Shown piece by piece: positions 1-13,200 of a stretch of 64,000 nt of DNA. The number at the start of each line of letters is the position of its first letter. Within the stretch, counting starts at the first letter, position 1. The notes beneath the pieces were generated by a model, which saw only the letters and a program-made list of their open reading frames with translations, was not told where the DNA came from and ran no database searches. The position numbers were made by a program, and so were the translations under genes. Source of the stretch: Rotaria socialis (Eukaryota); NCBI GenBank assembly GCA_905331295.1, contig CAJNYD010000054.1:1-64000 (forward strand). The letters run 5' to 3'.

Positions 1-3000
1 AAAGATAATCATAAAACTGTGTACAGACATGATCAGTATTCATTTTGATCTTAAACTCGACTCCAAGTAAATAATATGTCACTTTATTTGTATTATTATT
101 CAATACATCTATCATATGACTAAAATTTGATTCGCAAAATGAATTGCAAGCCGGAATAGCAAAAGAAAATTGAATTCATTTTTTAAAATTAGGTACCTTT
201 TCACCATCAAGTAGGTAATCCTGTAAATGAATATTGCTAATGAATTGGTCCCTTGTTTTGTCTTTCCGGCATTTAGCATTATCTTCATCATCGACTTGAC
301 CATTAGAATTATTTTCAGCATCACATTCATCACATAAAGTTCTTCGTTAATTATTTTTTGTTTCAGCTCGATTTAATTTTAATAACTCTAGATCTGTTGA
401 GATAAGCAAATTCAGTCATTTATCTCAACAGGCGTGGGATTATTAAAAGAAGTAACGCTCGTCGACAGGACTCATTTAACACTCGACTGAATTTAATCTT
501 GTAATTATCTATTATCATTTTTTTAATTCTGCTTTGAAAATCATTGTTCAACACACGCAGACGCAAATCTGTCTATAGTCTTGTTGGTGATGACCATTTT
601 GTAAAAGGATTGAACCTTTCTATTTTCCATTTTGAACTTCTAATATTTACTTTAGCGAACAGCTCACAGTCGATTCCCACGATTGAATTAAATCCATGCT
701 CCAATCCTCTTACAACGTAGATTGACGAATTTTTTTCTTCCACTGCAATTTTGAACTTTCGTCTAGGACCATTTCTATTTCTGGATACTAGTTATAATCC
801 TATCTTAAGAATGTATTCATCGTTTAAAGGGGAAATCCAGTGAATATACTGTAAAATCTGTACTCAGTGGAAGCCACTTTATCATTGCAACGCCACAAGC
901 GGTTGCAAAGTATCCTGCATCTTCTATTGATCATCTTATCATACAGCATCAAAACAAAACCGTTATAGAAGGTCTACCAGTCTATAAAGACTGGTTGTTC
1001 ATTAATTTACAGCGTTGAAAATGTTTCATTTTCTTCAGTTTTGTTCAAAAAAGATGAGGATTCTACCTATTTTTCAAACTGGATAGAATGTGTCAAGCAC
1101 AATTCATAAGTCTTTAGCCATGATTAAAAAGAATTATGATGATGTTAAACATTAATCAGACATTATAATAATTCACACGACTAAATAACAGATTGTAAGT
1201 CAGTGACTCAGGCGTGTCGTTTCATTGCAGTATCACAAAACATCTCACTAGCAAATGACCGCCACAGAAGCTATGGTTTTCTTCATAAAAGATCAGTGCT
1301 TATATAGTTCGCAGCATTATTGTATCATTGTATATTTTGCGAATTTCATTTCAAATAGACCATTTATTTCTTATACTATTGTAGATCTAACACAGGCTCC
1401 AACCATACAGAAAAACACTCAGTATTTCTACTTTAACAAAAACATGACCTTGAAGCGATTATTAACTGTTATTTTCTATCGATTTCGTATTGAAAATGTG
1501 CGTAGAAGCCAGTTGATATTGTCTGTGTATTTCAGTTATCCTAAATTCAATTTTCACAATAACCTCTTTATCCGTTAAACCACTCAAAAATTTGTTCTTT
1601 CACGCGCACAGCATTAATGCAAATACTCTGATTCCTTTTCCACGAAATGAGCATACGAGATACTGTGCGTCTGGACAAAAATTATTTCCGAGGCTTATTT
1701 TTGAAAAAATGAATTCTTCCTTTTTCTGTCGTTCTTGGACCTTAATTCATCTGAGCACACTAATTCAATAGAAAATTTTTCTATTTATTCTGGTAGCTTG
1801 TAACCATCTCTCCAGCAAGTTTTGAAATAAGCGATCATTCATTCTTCGGCTCGCCATCGGGTTACCACTGACGACTAACTGCTCACATGCTTAGATCTCC
1901 CTCCTAAAAATTCATCTACTTTTTAAAAAATAATACAGCGAATTCAGTTCCTACTATTTTGATATTTATAAATAGACGACTTCTCGAGAGAAAATTCCAA
2001 ATACAACATTTTCCTGTGAAGTATTAGGTCTTCAGTTTTACGACCTTACTTGAAAATCAGCGTTATTCTATAACATTTCATAAGCAAAATCGAATTGGGA
2101 TCTACTCAAGAAGCTTATGAGATCGTATACGGTTGCTTTTCGAAAAATATCTGTAATGAACCTTTCCGACGATCGGCTAGTTGTTTGTCGGCGCCCCTTC
2201 GATGCGCCACTCACGACTAGCTGGTTACGTGCTCAAGTATATTTCTCCAATGATCTCCCGTTTTTTCTACAATCTAGCCGATTCAGATTCGACTGATTTC
2301 GATAAACTGTTGGATTTATGGAAGAAGATTCTGTCGTGAAGCATTTCTTATTTGCAGAATTCGAGATCTCTCGCGATAATCATCGTTATAGTGCCATTCT
2401 TATTCAACGGAATCTTAATGGGATATTCTCAAACATACACTATCTCCTGCACATATATTTTCTGCCACATATTTGCAGGGACACTTAGATATTAGCAGCT
2501 ACTCATTCGTCGGCGTCTGTTCTGGATGCCACTCACGGCTAGCCGTGGCAATGTTAAATCTAGTCCTATACACATTATGGCCCTTCATCTACAATCTGTC
2601 CAAATAGTAATTTTCCTCCTTTCATCGAAAATATTGAGTGATGGGACTCTTACCAGGAAACTGGAAACACTAAAGCTAACATGAAACTGTATGGAAAAAA
2701 ACTCTATATCAACGCCTCTGAAATATCAGTGCGAACACGCGATTGATTGCGCATCTTTAGCAAACCAAAATTCAACACAGAAGAAACACGACAAATGACG
2801 TCATATACATAATTCACTTCTAGATATGAAACCTTCGATTGCATCAAAGATATTTCTGAAAAACACTCATTACTGCCGATAGATTCGGTATCGAAAACTG
2901 CAAAGCCGAAACAAAAATACCAAAACACGCTTACAGGCTGGTATTTCAAACACAACAAAAAGGATTGGGCGACACTATAATACGCTAAAGATCTGAATAC

Positions 3001-4359
3001 TGAAGGGCCAACGGAGAAAATACAACCGGAACGGCACTCTGGTAACCAAAATATCTGTTTTGTTAAATTCGCAACAAGAGAAAGTTTATTGAACGGAAGA
3101 AAATTAGAGGAATATTTGCTTATCTACAATCCCAGTATCTAGAAACTCCATCGAATAAGAACTAGCTAAGAAAACATGTAGTTACTTCGCTCACAATAGT
3201 GTTGATATCATAGGCGTTATCCATAGTTTACCCGGCGTTCCAGGAATATATCGGAGCATCTGATCGCATGCAAACGCACACTCACTTATTTAACCCATTC
3301 CATATGTCACTAATTTCAGTCAACTAAGTTTAGAATTAATTTCAATTAAATTCAACTGCTATTAACTACTCTTAACTACTCTCAACTACTCTCAACTAAT
3401 CCAAACCAAGCTTAGTTCGCATTAACTGCTCTAGCTCAAAGTTTGGGATGTTCAAAACCGATAATGCATTTCAATTCCTGGTCCCTGATAATCTCTGGCA
3501 AAGCTATACCAAAGCACCGGAAAGCCTTAAAATAAAAATGCTTGTTTCTGATTGGCCTCTTCGCGACCAATTAAAGCTCGACCATAAGAAAGCGGCTTCA
3601 GATTTGAAGTGCAGGCTCTCGATAACCTATAGCAAAGTTCCCTAGAAACGGCGAAAAGCCTAAAACTAAGCATAGCTCTGATATATTTTTTTACCCTGAG
3701 CAAACAAACAAGCAAACAGACGAATTTTATGCAATATGGCCTTCTCTTCAGTGGAGATAATAAATGCAGAATACCGCGTAGTGAACTTCAAAATAATTTC
3801 TAGAAATTACCAATTTTCTTTCTAACCGTATTCACAAAAGAATCTTAAATGTGTCTAACTGACCTTTCAGCACACTTCAAGAAGAAAATAAATGAATCAA
3901 AAGACTGTTACTCTCTAAAAAGTGTGATACTGAGCCTTTTATTGGTACTATTTTCAAAACCATTCTTAAATTCAAGCCAAAATGTCTCAAACTTAAAATA
4001 GTTTTTGATCTTTTGCATAGGACCTAAACAAAGATTCTGAAAATTGTGCCCAAATCGAAAACCTTCACAGGCTTTAGACTTTCGCTAACATCGTAAATGA
4101 TCCAATACGACATGTTTTTAAAAGAGAGTACGAGCAATGAAAACAGAATCTGTCTTTGACTGGAATACATCTCACAATGGCATGAATTAGTGAATGATCT
4201 TGTATGACTATTGCGAACGTCACATCATAAGTAGAGACGCAACGGTCAGAAAACGGTGAAGTCAATAAGAGTACGAAAATCATACGGTGAAGGCCGGTGC
4301 ATTAGCACTGCTGGATTGTCTTAGTATAGAGACTTCTAAATAAGAGAGAAAACCAATCA

Positions 4360-4661
4360 CCCGGGTCGAAGAATCTGACACAAGATCTTATGAAATACAT
4401 ACAAGATCTTGGAATATCTGCGAAGTCTTTCAAGAATCTGACAAAAAATTCGTAGTCTCTGAGATCTTTGATCAAGTCTCACAATCAGATTCTTGAAAGA
4501 TCGTACACATTGATAAGATCTTTCAAGAATCTGATTCTGCAACTTGATCTAAGATCTTAGAGACTACGATTTTTGTACGATTTTTTATCGGATCTTACAC
4601 GATCATATAAGATCAGATGCAGAATCTTATCAGATCTTAACATCTGATTGTTTACCCTGGG
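4360..4661. mobile_element. CMC/EnSpm-type MITE (CCC...GGG termini, 2-bp TSD CA)
   Basis: Starts CCCGGGTCGAAGAATCTGA and ends TCTGATTGTTTACCCTGGG (imperfect TIR). Flanked on both sides by CA. Interior is rich in AGATCT/AAGAATCT motifs. Confidence 0.75.
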
Positions 4662-4984
4662 CACCGTCAAATGTTCTTCATCACTCTATCGCCTTTCACT
4701 GGTCGTAACGGTAAGCCTCAAAATACAGAACCACTGATAAAGATTCTTAAAGTCTGACTACTAGATTCCCGAACAGCTTCTTTCACTATTTTTCGCTCAT
4801 AGTTTCTATACAGAATTATTGTTTAAACTGTTCTTTTGCCAGTCGATGTTTCAGCATCAGAATAAACATGTGACACGACCACTGTATAAGAGCATACTAG
4901 AATACCATACTGCTAAGCAGCATATATTAATCACTTCATCACTTTTGAAGTTAACATCTTAAATTTCTTTGTTAGATCTTGCAT

Positions 4985-7900
4985 GAATATTGAACAGAAC
5001 TTTGGTAAGAATCATTCCTTCATTGTCTGATCTTCTCTGATTGCACTTGCTCAACACTCTCACCTCCATCTCTCCCGTATAGTTGAACAGAACTTTGCTG
5101 CAAATCATTCCTTTATTGCCTCATCTTCTCTGATGATACTTACTGAGTACCCACATCTCCATCTATCCCGTATAGTTGAACAAAACTTTGTTGCAAATCA
5201 TTCCTTCATTGTCTCATCTTCTCTCATCGTACTTACTGAGTACTCACACCTCCATCTATCCAGTATAGTTGCATGCAACTTTGGTAAGAATCATTCCTTC
5301 ATTGTCTCATTTTCTGTGGTCGCACTTGCTCAACACTCTCATCTCCATCTCTCCAGTATAGTTGAATAGAGCTCTAATGCAAATCATTCCCCTATTGTCT
5401 CATTTTCTCTCATGGTACTTACAGGGCACTTCCACTTCCATCTATCCAGCATAGTTGAACACAAGTTTGGTGCAAATCATTCCTCTATTGTCTCATCTTC
5501 TCTCATGATACTTACTGAGCACTATCATCTCCGTCTCTCCAGTGTCGTTGAACAGAAATTTGATGAGAAACTTGCCTCTATTGTCTCATTTTCTCTCATG
5601 ATACTTACTGAGAACTCTCATCTCCATCGCTCCAGCATAGTTGAACGCAACTTTGGTGCAAATCATTCCTTTATTGTCTCATCTTCTATCATGGTACTTA
5701 CTGAATACTCTCATCTTCGTCTTTTCAATATAGCGGAGCAAAACTTTCCTAAAAATCATTCTTTTATTGTATCATCTTCTCTCATGATATTTACTGAGCA
5801 CTATCATCTCCATCTTTTTAGTATTGTTGAACAGAGCGTTCCTAAAAATAATTCCTTCATCATCTTATCTTTTTTTTGTGTCACGTTTTCAGCATTTCCA
5901 CTCCCATCGCTCCAGTATATCTGAACAAAATTCTAATAGGAACAATTCTCTGGTTGTGTCATCTTCTTACACGTTACTTGCGTAGCATATCCATTTCCAT
6001 CTCCGCACTATGTTGGAGCAGATGTTTGGTAAGAATTATTCTTCAATTCCGAAGATTTTACATACCGGCATGATCTGTCAACTTCACTCTTTCGGCTCGC
6101 ACCATTATGGTACAGAAGCTTTGTTTGCATTGTTCATTGATTTGCGAGCATCAGAACATATAAATCATTTGTATTAGTGCTCATTCATTGTACAGTTAAT
6201 TGAACATAATTTTAATGAGAGCCATTTCTTCACCTTGTCATGTTTTCCCATGTCAATTAAAAGAAACGTTTAGTGTTTTTGCAGCATAGATGAATAGAAC
6301 AGTGATGCGAATCATGTTATCATGATTTGATCTTCTTTCGTATTATCTAGTTAAGATTTTTAGTTACATTTATTCAGCATAGTTGAATAGAGACTTACTC
6401 AAAATCAGCTCTTTATCCTGCCATTTTCTTTTATGTTATCGACCAAAGATTTTTACTCTTAACTCTCCAGTGTAGCCAGATATAACTCTGCTGAAGATCA
6501 TTCCTTGCTCGTGCTATACTTGCTGATATCATCTACATTTGACTTTTGGCTCCATTATTTCAAAAATAGCGAACAGAACCGTTATGAAAATCATGGCTTG
6601 GGTATGTCATTTTCATTCATATTACTTATGCAAAATTTCGGTTTCCATCTGTTTAGTATACGTGAACGACGGGCTGGTGAGAATCATTCTTTATCCACGA
6701 ATTTGTCACATAATGGCATCATTTAGCGAACTCCCTGCGTTTACACACGTCGTTTTCCCATCAAATCCTTGTTTGGATTGTTCATCGGTTTTTTGACGTT
6801 TGTAGATGAAAATCAGGTCCATTGTTGTCCATTCCTGAGAGAGATAATTAAACAGAACTTTTCTGGGAACTATTCTCGGGTCAAGTCAGATTATTTTCTA
6901 TGATCTACCAAAGATTTATGTTTCATTTACTCCAGTATAATTGAATTGAACCCTGGTGAAAATTATTCCGGAATCATATCATCTTCTTTTATGCCATATA
7001 ATAAATCTTGTCGCTTCTATCTCTTCAGTATAGTTGGACAGAGCTCTAATGAGAGCTATTCTCGGATTGTGTCATCTTTTTCCATGCCATACACTAATTC
7101 TCTCCCCTTCTATCTCTCCGGTATAATTGCACAAAGCCCTGTTGAGAATTATTCTCGAATCATGTCATTTTATTTCATATCATATACTAATTCTCTCCCC
7201 TTCTATCTCTCCGGTATAATTGCACAAAGCCCTGCTGAGAATTATTCTCGAATCATGTCATTTTATTTCATATCATATACTAATTCTCTCCCCTTCTATC
7301 TGTCCAGTATAATTGCACAGAGCCCTAATGAGAACTATTCTCGGATCATGTCACCGTCTTCCATGTCATATACTAAACCGTTTAGCTTCTATCTCTCCAA
7401 TATAGTCGAATAGCAATTTTTTGAGAAACATTCATTGGTCATATCATGTACTTTCATGCCTGATATGTAAAATGTTTTCACTACTATCTTTCCAGTTTAG
7501 TCGAACAGTGACTTGCTTAGTAACATACATTGGTCATATCAGCTAATTTCATGTGCAATATACTAAAGATTTTCGCTTTTATCTCTCCAACAGAGTTGAA
7601 CAAAAACTTAATGAGAGCTATTCCTTGATCATGGCATTCTCTTTCATGTCATATACTAAATCTATGCTATTCTATCTCTGCAACTTAGTTGAACAGAGAC
7701 TTTTTGAGAAGCATTCACTGACCATATCATTTTCTTTCATCTGATCCACTATAGATCTTTGCTTAATCACCGCTACTATTGTTAATCACAACCTTGGTGG
7801 TAATCATTCTCTCCTCCTATCACCCCTTTTCTGATGGTACCTATTTAAGGTCCTGAATTCCGTGTCTCCAATGTATTTTAATAGAAGTCTTTTTATAACC

Positions 7901-8200
7901 GTGCATTCTCGATGTTATGGTTGCGCATATTACTTACATCTAACAAATGCTTCCACCTTTTCTGAATTATCAAACAAGATGTTGCTCAGGATCATTCCTT
8001 CGCCGTGTTATTTTTTTCATGGCGTGTACCAAAATCTTTGTTTTCAGCTATGAATTTTTTGACCAGTGCCCTAATGAAAATTGTTTCTTGGTCATGTCAT
8101 CTGCTTTCTAATGAGTCAATAACGATCTTGATTTACGTGCTTCAAACATAGTTGAAGAGAATTCTGCTGAAAATCATTCTGTCATCACTGCATGTGTTTT
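4985..8200 (+). repeat. Degenerate tandem array of 93-bp units (roughly 30 copies, two more homogeneous sub-blocks)
   Basis: The unit AATCATTCCTTCATTGTCTCATCTTCTCTCATGATACTTACTGAGCACTCTCACCTCCATCTCTCCAGTATAGTTGAACAGAACTTTGGTGCA recurs at 5010, 5103, 5196 and onward. A variant block at ~6850-7750 includes two almost identical units at ~7147-7330. The + frame gives 31-aa repeats (ORFs 5412-5924, 6946-7413). Confidence 0.9.
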
Positions 8201-11200
8201 TCAATGGCTAAGTCGCATTCTTTTAGTACACTCTTATAAAGTTAGTTGAATGGAATAATGCTGGGGTTCGTTCGTATTTCTCTTCATCGTAGGTGATACG
8301 TTCTGCATTTCAGCTATGGATCCCGATTGCCGAAAGAAGTCGAACAGTATTGTGCTGAGGCTTCCTCTTTTGTGTTGCGATCACCAATAGTATGAATAGC
8401 GGATGGACATCACTGTTTCGGGTGCGAGCAACAGTTGTACGAGATTATTGCAATAGTATCGTTCAGAGTTGATTTGATCTTGTTGCTATTGCACATGTGA
8501 CGTTGTTACTTTAATGTAAGGAATACTATTGAACAATGTGACAGTTATCATGATTCAATGATGCTGTGATCGTTGGTTCATGGAAATAGATAGAAAGTTT
8601 GCTTAAAGTTTTTCTAAAAGTTGAATCATAGAATTGTTTGAAGTATTCAATCCGTTTGTTATATTTTATAGTATAATAAACCCGTCAGCTTCTATCTGCT
8701 GTGTCCGAATTGATGAATAACGACGTTGTGGCGATTTTCCCCTACTACGTACTCTATTTTTGATGACATTCTTTTTCATTCTTAACACTTGTACTGGTAT
8801 TATTAGTGAATATAATGTTAGTGGGGTTAATTCTCTTTCGGCATATTGTGGCATAACTTGGTATTGGAAAATGGAAACAGCGAAGTGCTGGAAATAGTGA
8901 CATGGAATGTTTTTTTGAATTATTCATCTAATGTGTGACTATTGATGATATCACAAAGATAAAGCTTTTGTTAGAAATGAAGTCAAATCTATGAGCAAAA
9001 CGTTTGTTAGATTTATACTTTTGTTCTGCAAAATCGATTGGTGTGGTAATGACATTATTGTAACTTCAAGAAAGCACTATTATTGAATTGAATGATTGTT
9101 TTGATGATGCATGTATGACGTTATAATGAACGGGTTTACAAACTTATTTGAGTGTTAGAAAGTGAAGAAAATAATAGAATAGATCCTTTGATAAGAGTCA
9201 TCGGTGGTGTTAGCGTCGGTGTCGATACCTGTCGGGCATATTTTAGTTCTATTCCGCAAAGTAGTTGAAAAAGTTCCTAGTTGGATCTATTCAATAGCTA
9301 TAGCAATTCTCATCATGAAACTAGTGGCCGATATTGAATTTGAATTTATTGAAATATCAGAATAGAAAAATATTTATTAAAATATATTTGAGACCTGATC
9401 CAGAATCGGTTAGGGTAGTGACATCCTAATCTTAAACTCAAGTAAATATTGGAATTGAATCCTAATTCTTATCATTCATTCACTGAGCGATCCTTCATTC
9501 TGTTAAATTATGGAGCTCTTCTTCGAAATAAAATAGCATACTTGAACTTAATCCTGGTATGAGTGATTCAGTTGTGGTATAGTTACCCATTGTATCATAC
9601 CTGCAGAAATTTGAATTCATGCCTCTAGTATAGGTGAACACAATGTTAGTTACGATCGGCCACATCTGAACAGATTTCATCTCATGTTATAAACTGAATA
9701 TATCTACTGCAGAAACATTAAGATAGTTGAATTGCAGTATGGTTTGAATCTTTCTTGTCCAATATAGTCTTCGTCTCTGTCTTTAATTCGAACGACTAAC
9801 GCTACAGTAAGCAGAATTTGTGAATAATCCAGTGATAGTAGTGTTTCACTTTTTACGTGATATTTCACTCCGACTGTCACTATAGTGCTCTCAATGTCAA
9901 CAAAATAGCTGAAATAGTATTTTGAGTCAGCAAGTAAGTGTCTTAAAACATTTCCGTGAACTCAATTTTTAGACTCTTTTTACTTTCTAGAAGGCGCGAC
10001 ATGGAATCGATGCAGCCATCCAACAGCAACTGGCAAAAAAGGACATTATTGTTTTTTTTTTAATTTTCTCAGACTTTTTCTTTTCTTCTTCATTTCACCT
10101 TTATGTAACCCATTTTATCTACCATTTATCATACAATTTTTACCTTATTTTAATAAACAGTGCGATTTAAAAAAAGCTTGTTGCAGCCGCCCATGCGGGA
10201 TTGAAACGCAGAACATTTATGATTTTAACTAGATTTAATGAACACACGACACGTACAGTGTCGAGCACTGTTAGTGGCAACAGATGTCGCATTATGCCGC
10301 TAACTTTTCTCTATGTATGTGAATTCTTTTCTTCCTATCGGATATATATATTATCCTATTGATAATCATGAGATCACGAGGACCATTGCCTTTTGCGTTG
10401 TTTCGTTTTTTTCTAATTGCGTTGTTTAATTTTGTTTTCTCGTTATATCGATTTTCTTGCTATTCATTCTTCGTTTTCATCATCTTCGATTATGTACTTA
10501 TTCTTTTTGGTTATATCATCCAACTAAAACAAATTGTTGTTATAACTGTATTGATTATTATAATCAATAAAGATTATTATTAAACAACATAAATTACAAT
10601 TATTGAATATTCATATTCAATCATTAACACATACCAAATTACGGTAAACTAGTTTTATACGTGAGCTTCTCAATAGACGTAGACGAGTTCATAGGAAACG
10701 TCGTTTAACCTACGAATACTACGGAGGTTAAAGTAAAATATACATCCTCAAAGGAGAACCTCACAAGCACTCTAGGTAAAAAGCGTTTCCCCAAAAATCA
10801 TGTTTCGTGTACCCGAAGTTGCTTTCTAAAACTTTTAGAATTGTTGAGATTCAAAAGAATTCTTCTTTTCCAAGAGAACCCTGCCGTATTTTGCTTTGAA
10901 ACTTGGTGCACTGCACTAAATCGTTGTTCCAGTCAATAAATTTCGTTTTTCTCTTTTTTTTTTTATTGAATTAAGTTTTGTTCATTATAATACAAACACT
11001 ACTATCTTGGAAAACTTTGAAATGAAACACGGGAAGTTCTTATGTTTACAGATTCTTTTAACTAATTTACGTAAAAGCTTTATAGACAATTGTATGCTTT
11101 AATTAATGAGAAAATATCCATTTATAATAGACTGCAACAAGCATTATTATTTTAGAAACAAAAAGAAGTCTTCAGATGTATCCACATGAACAGTGATGAG

Positions 11201-11285
11201 TCAGAGTATGATTCTATTTTTTTGTGTTCTTATTCTTTGTTCGTATGCTTATTTTGTATTTCGAATAAAAATAAAGGCAAGTACC

Positions 11286-11440
11286 CAAGGGGGAACAAGC
11301 GGACTTCTGTACTTCTTTGTACTTTTCAGTACTTCTTGGTACTTTGTGTATTTCAAAAATGTATTGGATTAATTTTTTCACTTTTACTTTATAGTAGTAC
11401 TATTGCTATGTATTGTACTGCGCGATGGTGCCCGTGAGTA
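11286..11440. mobile_element. Truncated CAAGGG-type MITE (left end only)
   Basis: CAAGGGGGAACAAGCGGACTT matches the left TIR of the 43393-43608 element, followed by GTACTT-rich interior. No matching right TIR or TSD found. Confidence 0.45.
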
Positions 11441-11444
11441 AGAA

Positions 11445-11779
11445 ATGTGTTTTGCTTGTGATTGTGTTTGTAGTCGTGATTGAGAAAAAATATTCGTGAT
11501 CGTTATAGTGAACAACATTAAGATTTCATGATCACAAATTTAACATATAGTTTCAAAATTTCAAATATTTATTAAAATTTATTATGTTTTCAAAGAATTT
11601 CCACTAGAATACAAATGAAAACTATCGATTGTGACTGTTAATTTCTATTAACATTGAATGCACCGAATGAGCAAAAATTTTTCGTGCCTCTTATAATCAC
11701 ATAGAAATATTCGTGATCGTGCATTTGATTTTAAAAAAATCGTGATCGTGATCAAAAATTTCAGTCACACAGCACACTA
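11445..11779. mobile_element. Degenerate hAT-like MITE with TCGTGATCG internal repeats
   Basis: Right end CAGTCACACAGCACACTA (reverse complement TAGTGTGCTGTGTGACTG) with a degenerate left counterpart. Multiple TCGTGAT(CG) motifs inside. Confidence 0.4.
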
Positions 11780-11832
11780 GTGCTATGATATCCACTTTTA
11801 ATAGTTATTTTAAATAGCGCCTAAGCACACCT

Positions 11833-11913
11833 AGGGTGTGGGTGTGGGGTGAAGGATATGGTGTAGAATATGGGTGTGCTCAATGTCTTCCATCACACCC
11901 ACACCCACACCCT
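11833..11913. repeat. Short inverted repeat made of TGTGGG units
   Basis: AGGGTGTGGGTGTGGG (11833-11848) and its perfect reverse complement CCCACACCCACACCCT (11898-11913). Confidence 0.85.
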
Positions 11914-12566
11914 CAAGTATTAGACAACTGCCATCCAATCTGATTTCTGAAAACAGTCTCACAAACAGCACCCACAGTTGAATTTGTCGTTAAAGTTAAC
12001 ATTTCCTTAATAAAATATGCCAATAGTTGAGCATGGTAAATAGTATCATCATCAACAGTAATGATTATGGTTTCTGGACTTCACTCTTCGTGTAAAACGC
12101 CCAGCAGTTTAGTTGATGGTTCGTAGTCAACTGGTTCAGTAACTTATAATTTTTTTCCTTCATATGTTTGCTGTATATCGATAATGGTTGTTGGTGAAAA
12201 TGATGGTAAATTAAATCGCGAGTAGTTTTTTATTGGCATAAAAAGATAAATTTGGTCGGGTGGATAGGTTTGACGAAATAAACTTTGAAGTGTATCATCA
12301 ATATATTTCAGGCGTGAACTAAAGGATGTCAAGGAGACAACAACACGTGGTACCGTATGCGTGGATTTATTTATTGCGGTTGAAAGTATTCTATCTCGAA
12401 TAGAAAGCTGTTCTTGAAGACTTAAGTTAGTCCATATAATCGGGTTAAATTTAACATTGTCACTTTTATATAAAAATGTTGACAAATAAGCAGCAGAAAG
12501 AACAAGAGTCACAATCAAAGAATACAGCCGCGGTTCCCTAGTTAACATTTTGAACTTGTTTTCCAT
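11914..12566 (-). pseudogene. GT-A fold glycosyltransferase-like pseudogene (N-terminal TM anchor, intronless, 3'-truncated)
   Basis: MENKFKM..TM..VVVSLTSFSSRLKYIDDTLQSLFRQTYPPDQIYL. The frame continues past two in-frame stops as *VTEPVDYEPSTKLLGVLHEE*SPETIIITVDDDTIY (D-x-G/E-P-x-x-K and DDD motifs) and ends at the TGTGGG hairpin. Confidence 0.7.
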
Positions 12567-12889
12567 AGCCAGACTCAAACGTAGAATATATTTGTGATAG
12601 AATTACATCAGCTCTCAAAAACTAATTTTAGAGTGCAAACAACTTTTAAACTCGAGGAGCGACACTCGAATCAAGATTACTTCCACTTACTTTTCTGTAC
12701 ACTTGTTGACAAAACAATAAATTCTTACACGTTATGTATTGGACAATATGTCTAGCCACTTAATTCTGAAACGCGTTAAGAAAGATGAGTAAAAGAAACA
12801 ACAGGGTTGGGTGTCCGTGGGTTGCGCCATATTGTAAATCAAAACACCCACATCTACACCCTTTATTTACTTCTTTTTTTATAGAGTGA

Positions 12890-13200
12890 TTTCCACAGTA
12901 GTTTGATCCAGTTCATCAGATGTTTTGCTGCAAAGTTGTGGATCTTGACTTCTGCTATAACTTTGCTCCAAAGGTCATTTCTGGCTATCGCTCACTAACA
13001 CAGTTATGGGACGTAGGTGGAGAATTTTGTATTTATTTTTAAAATAAATAGTAAATAAAAGTGAATACTTCGTTTACATCCCCATAGCTTTGTTCATGAG
13101 TAGTATCGAAGAATAACCTTGGGAGCAAAGGTATAGCTAAAATTAAGATCAACAACTTCGCAACAAAACGTCTGTCAAAATATGCCAAGCTACTGTCAAA
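12890..13200. repeat. Long diverged inverted repeat (foldback/MITE-like)
   Basis: 12890-13010 (...CAGATGTTTTGCTGCAAAGTTGTGGATCTTG...TTTGCTCCAAAGGT...GTTATGGG) is a clear imperfect reverse complement of 13081-13200 (CCCATAGC...ACCTTGGGAGCAAAGG...AAGATCAACAACTTCGCAACAAAACGTCTG). Confidence 0.75.

Noticed and set aside
170..830. Short minus-strand open stretches (acidic DECDAENN..., RNGPRRKFKIAVEE...)
   Set aside because: Fragmented by stops, with no recognisable domain.
4985..8200. CRISPR-like array, or minus-strand ORF with recoded TGA
   Set aside because: No constant repeat/unique spacer structure and no cas genes. The minus frame has a recurring TGA but also TAG stops, so recoding is unsupported.
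8300..9170. Possible decayed retroelement/endonuclease remnant on the minus strand
   Set aside because: No diagnostic motif could be read in any frame.
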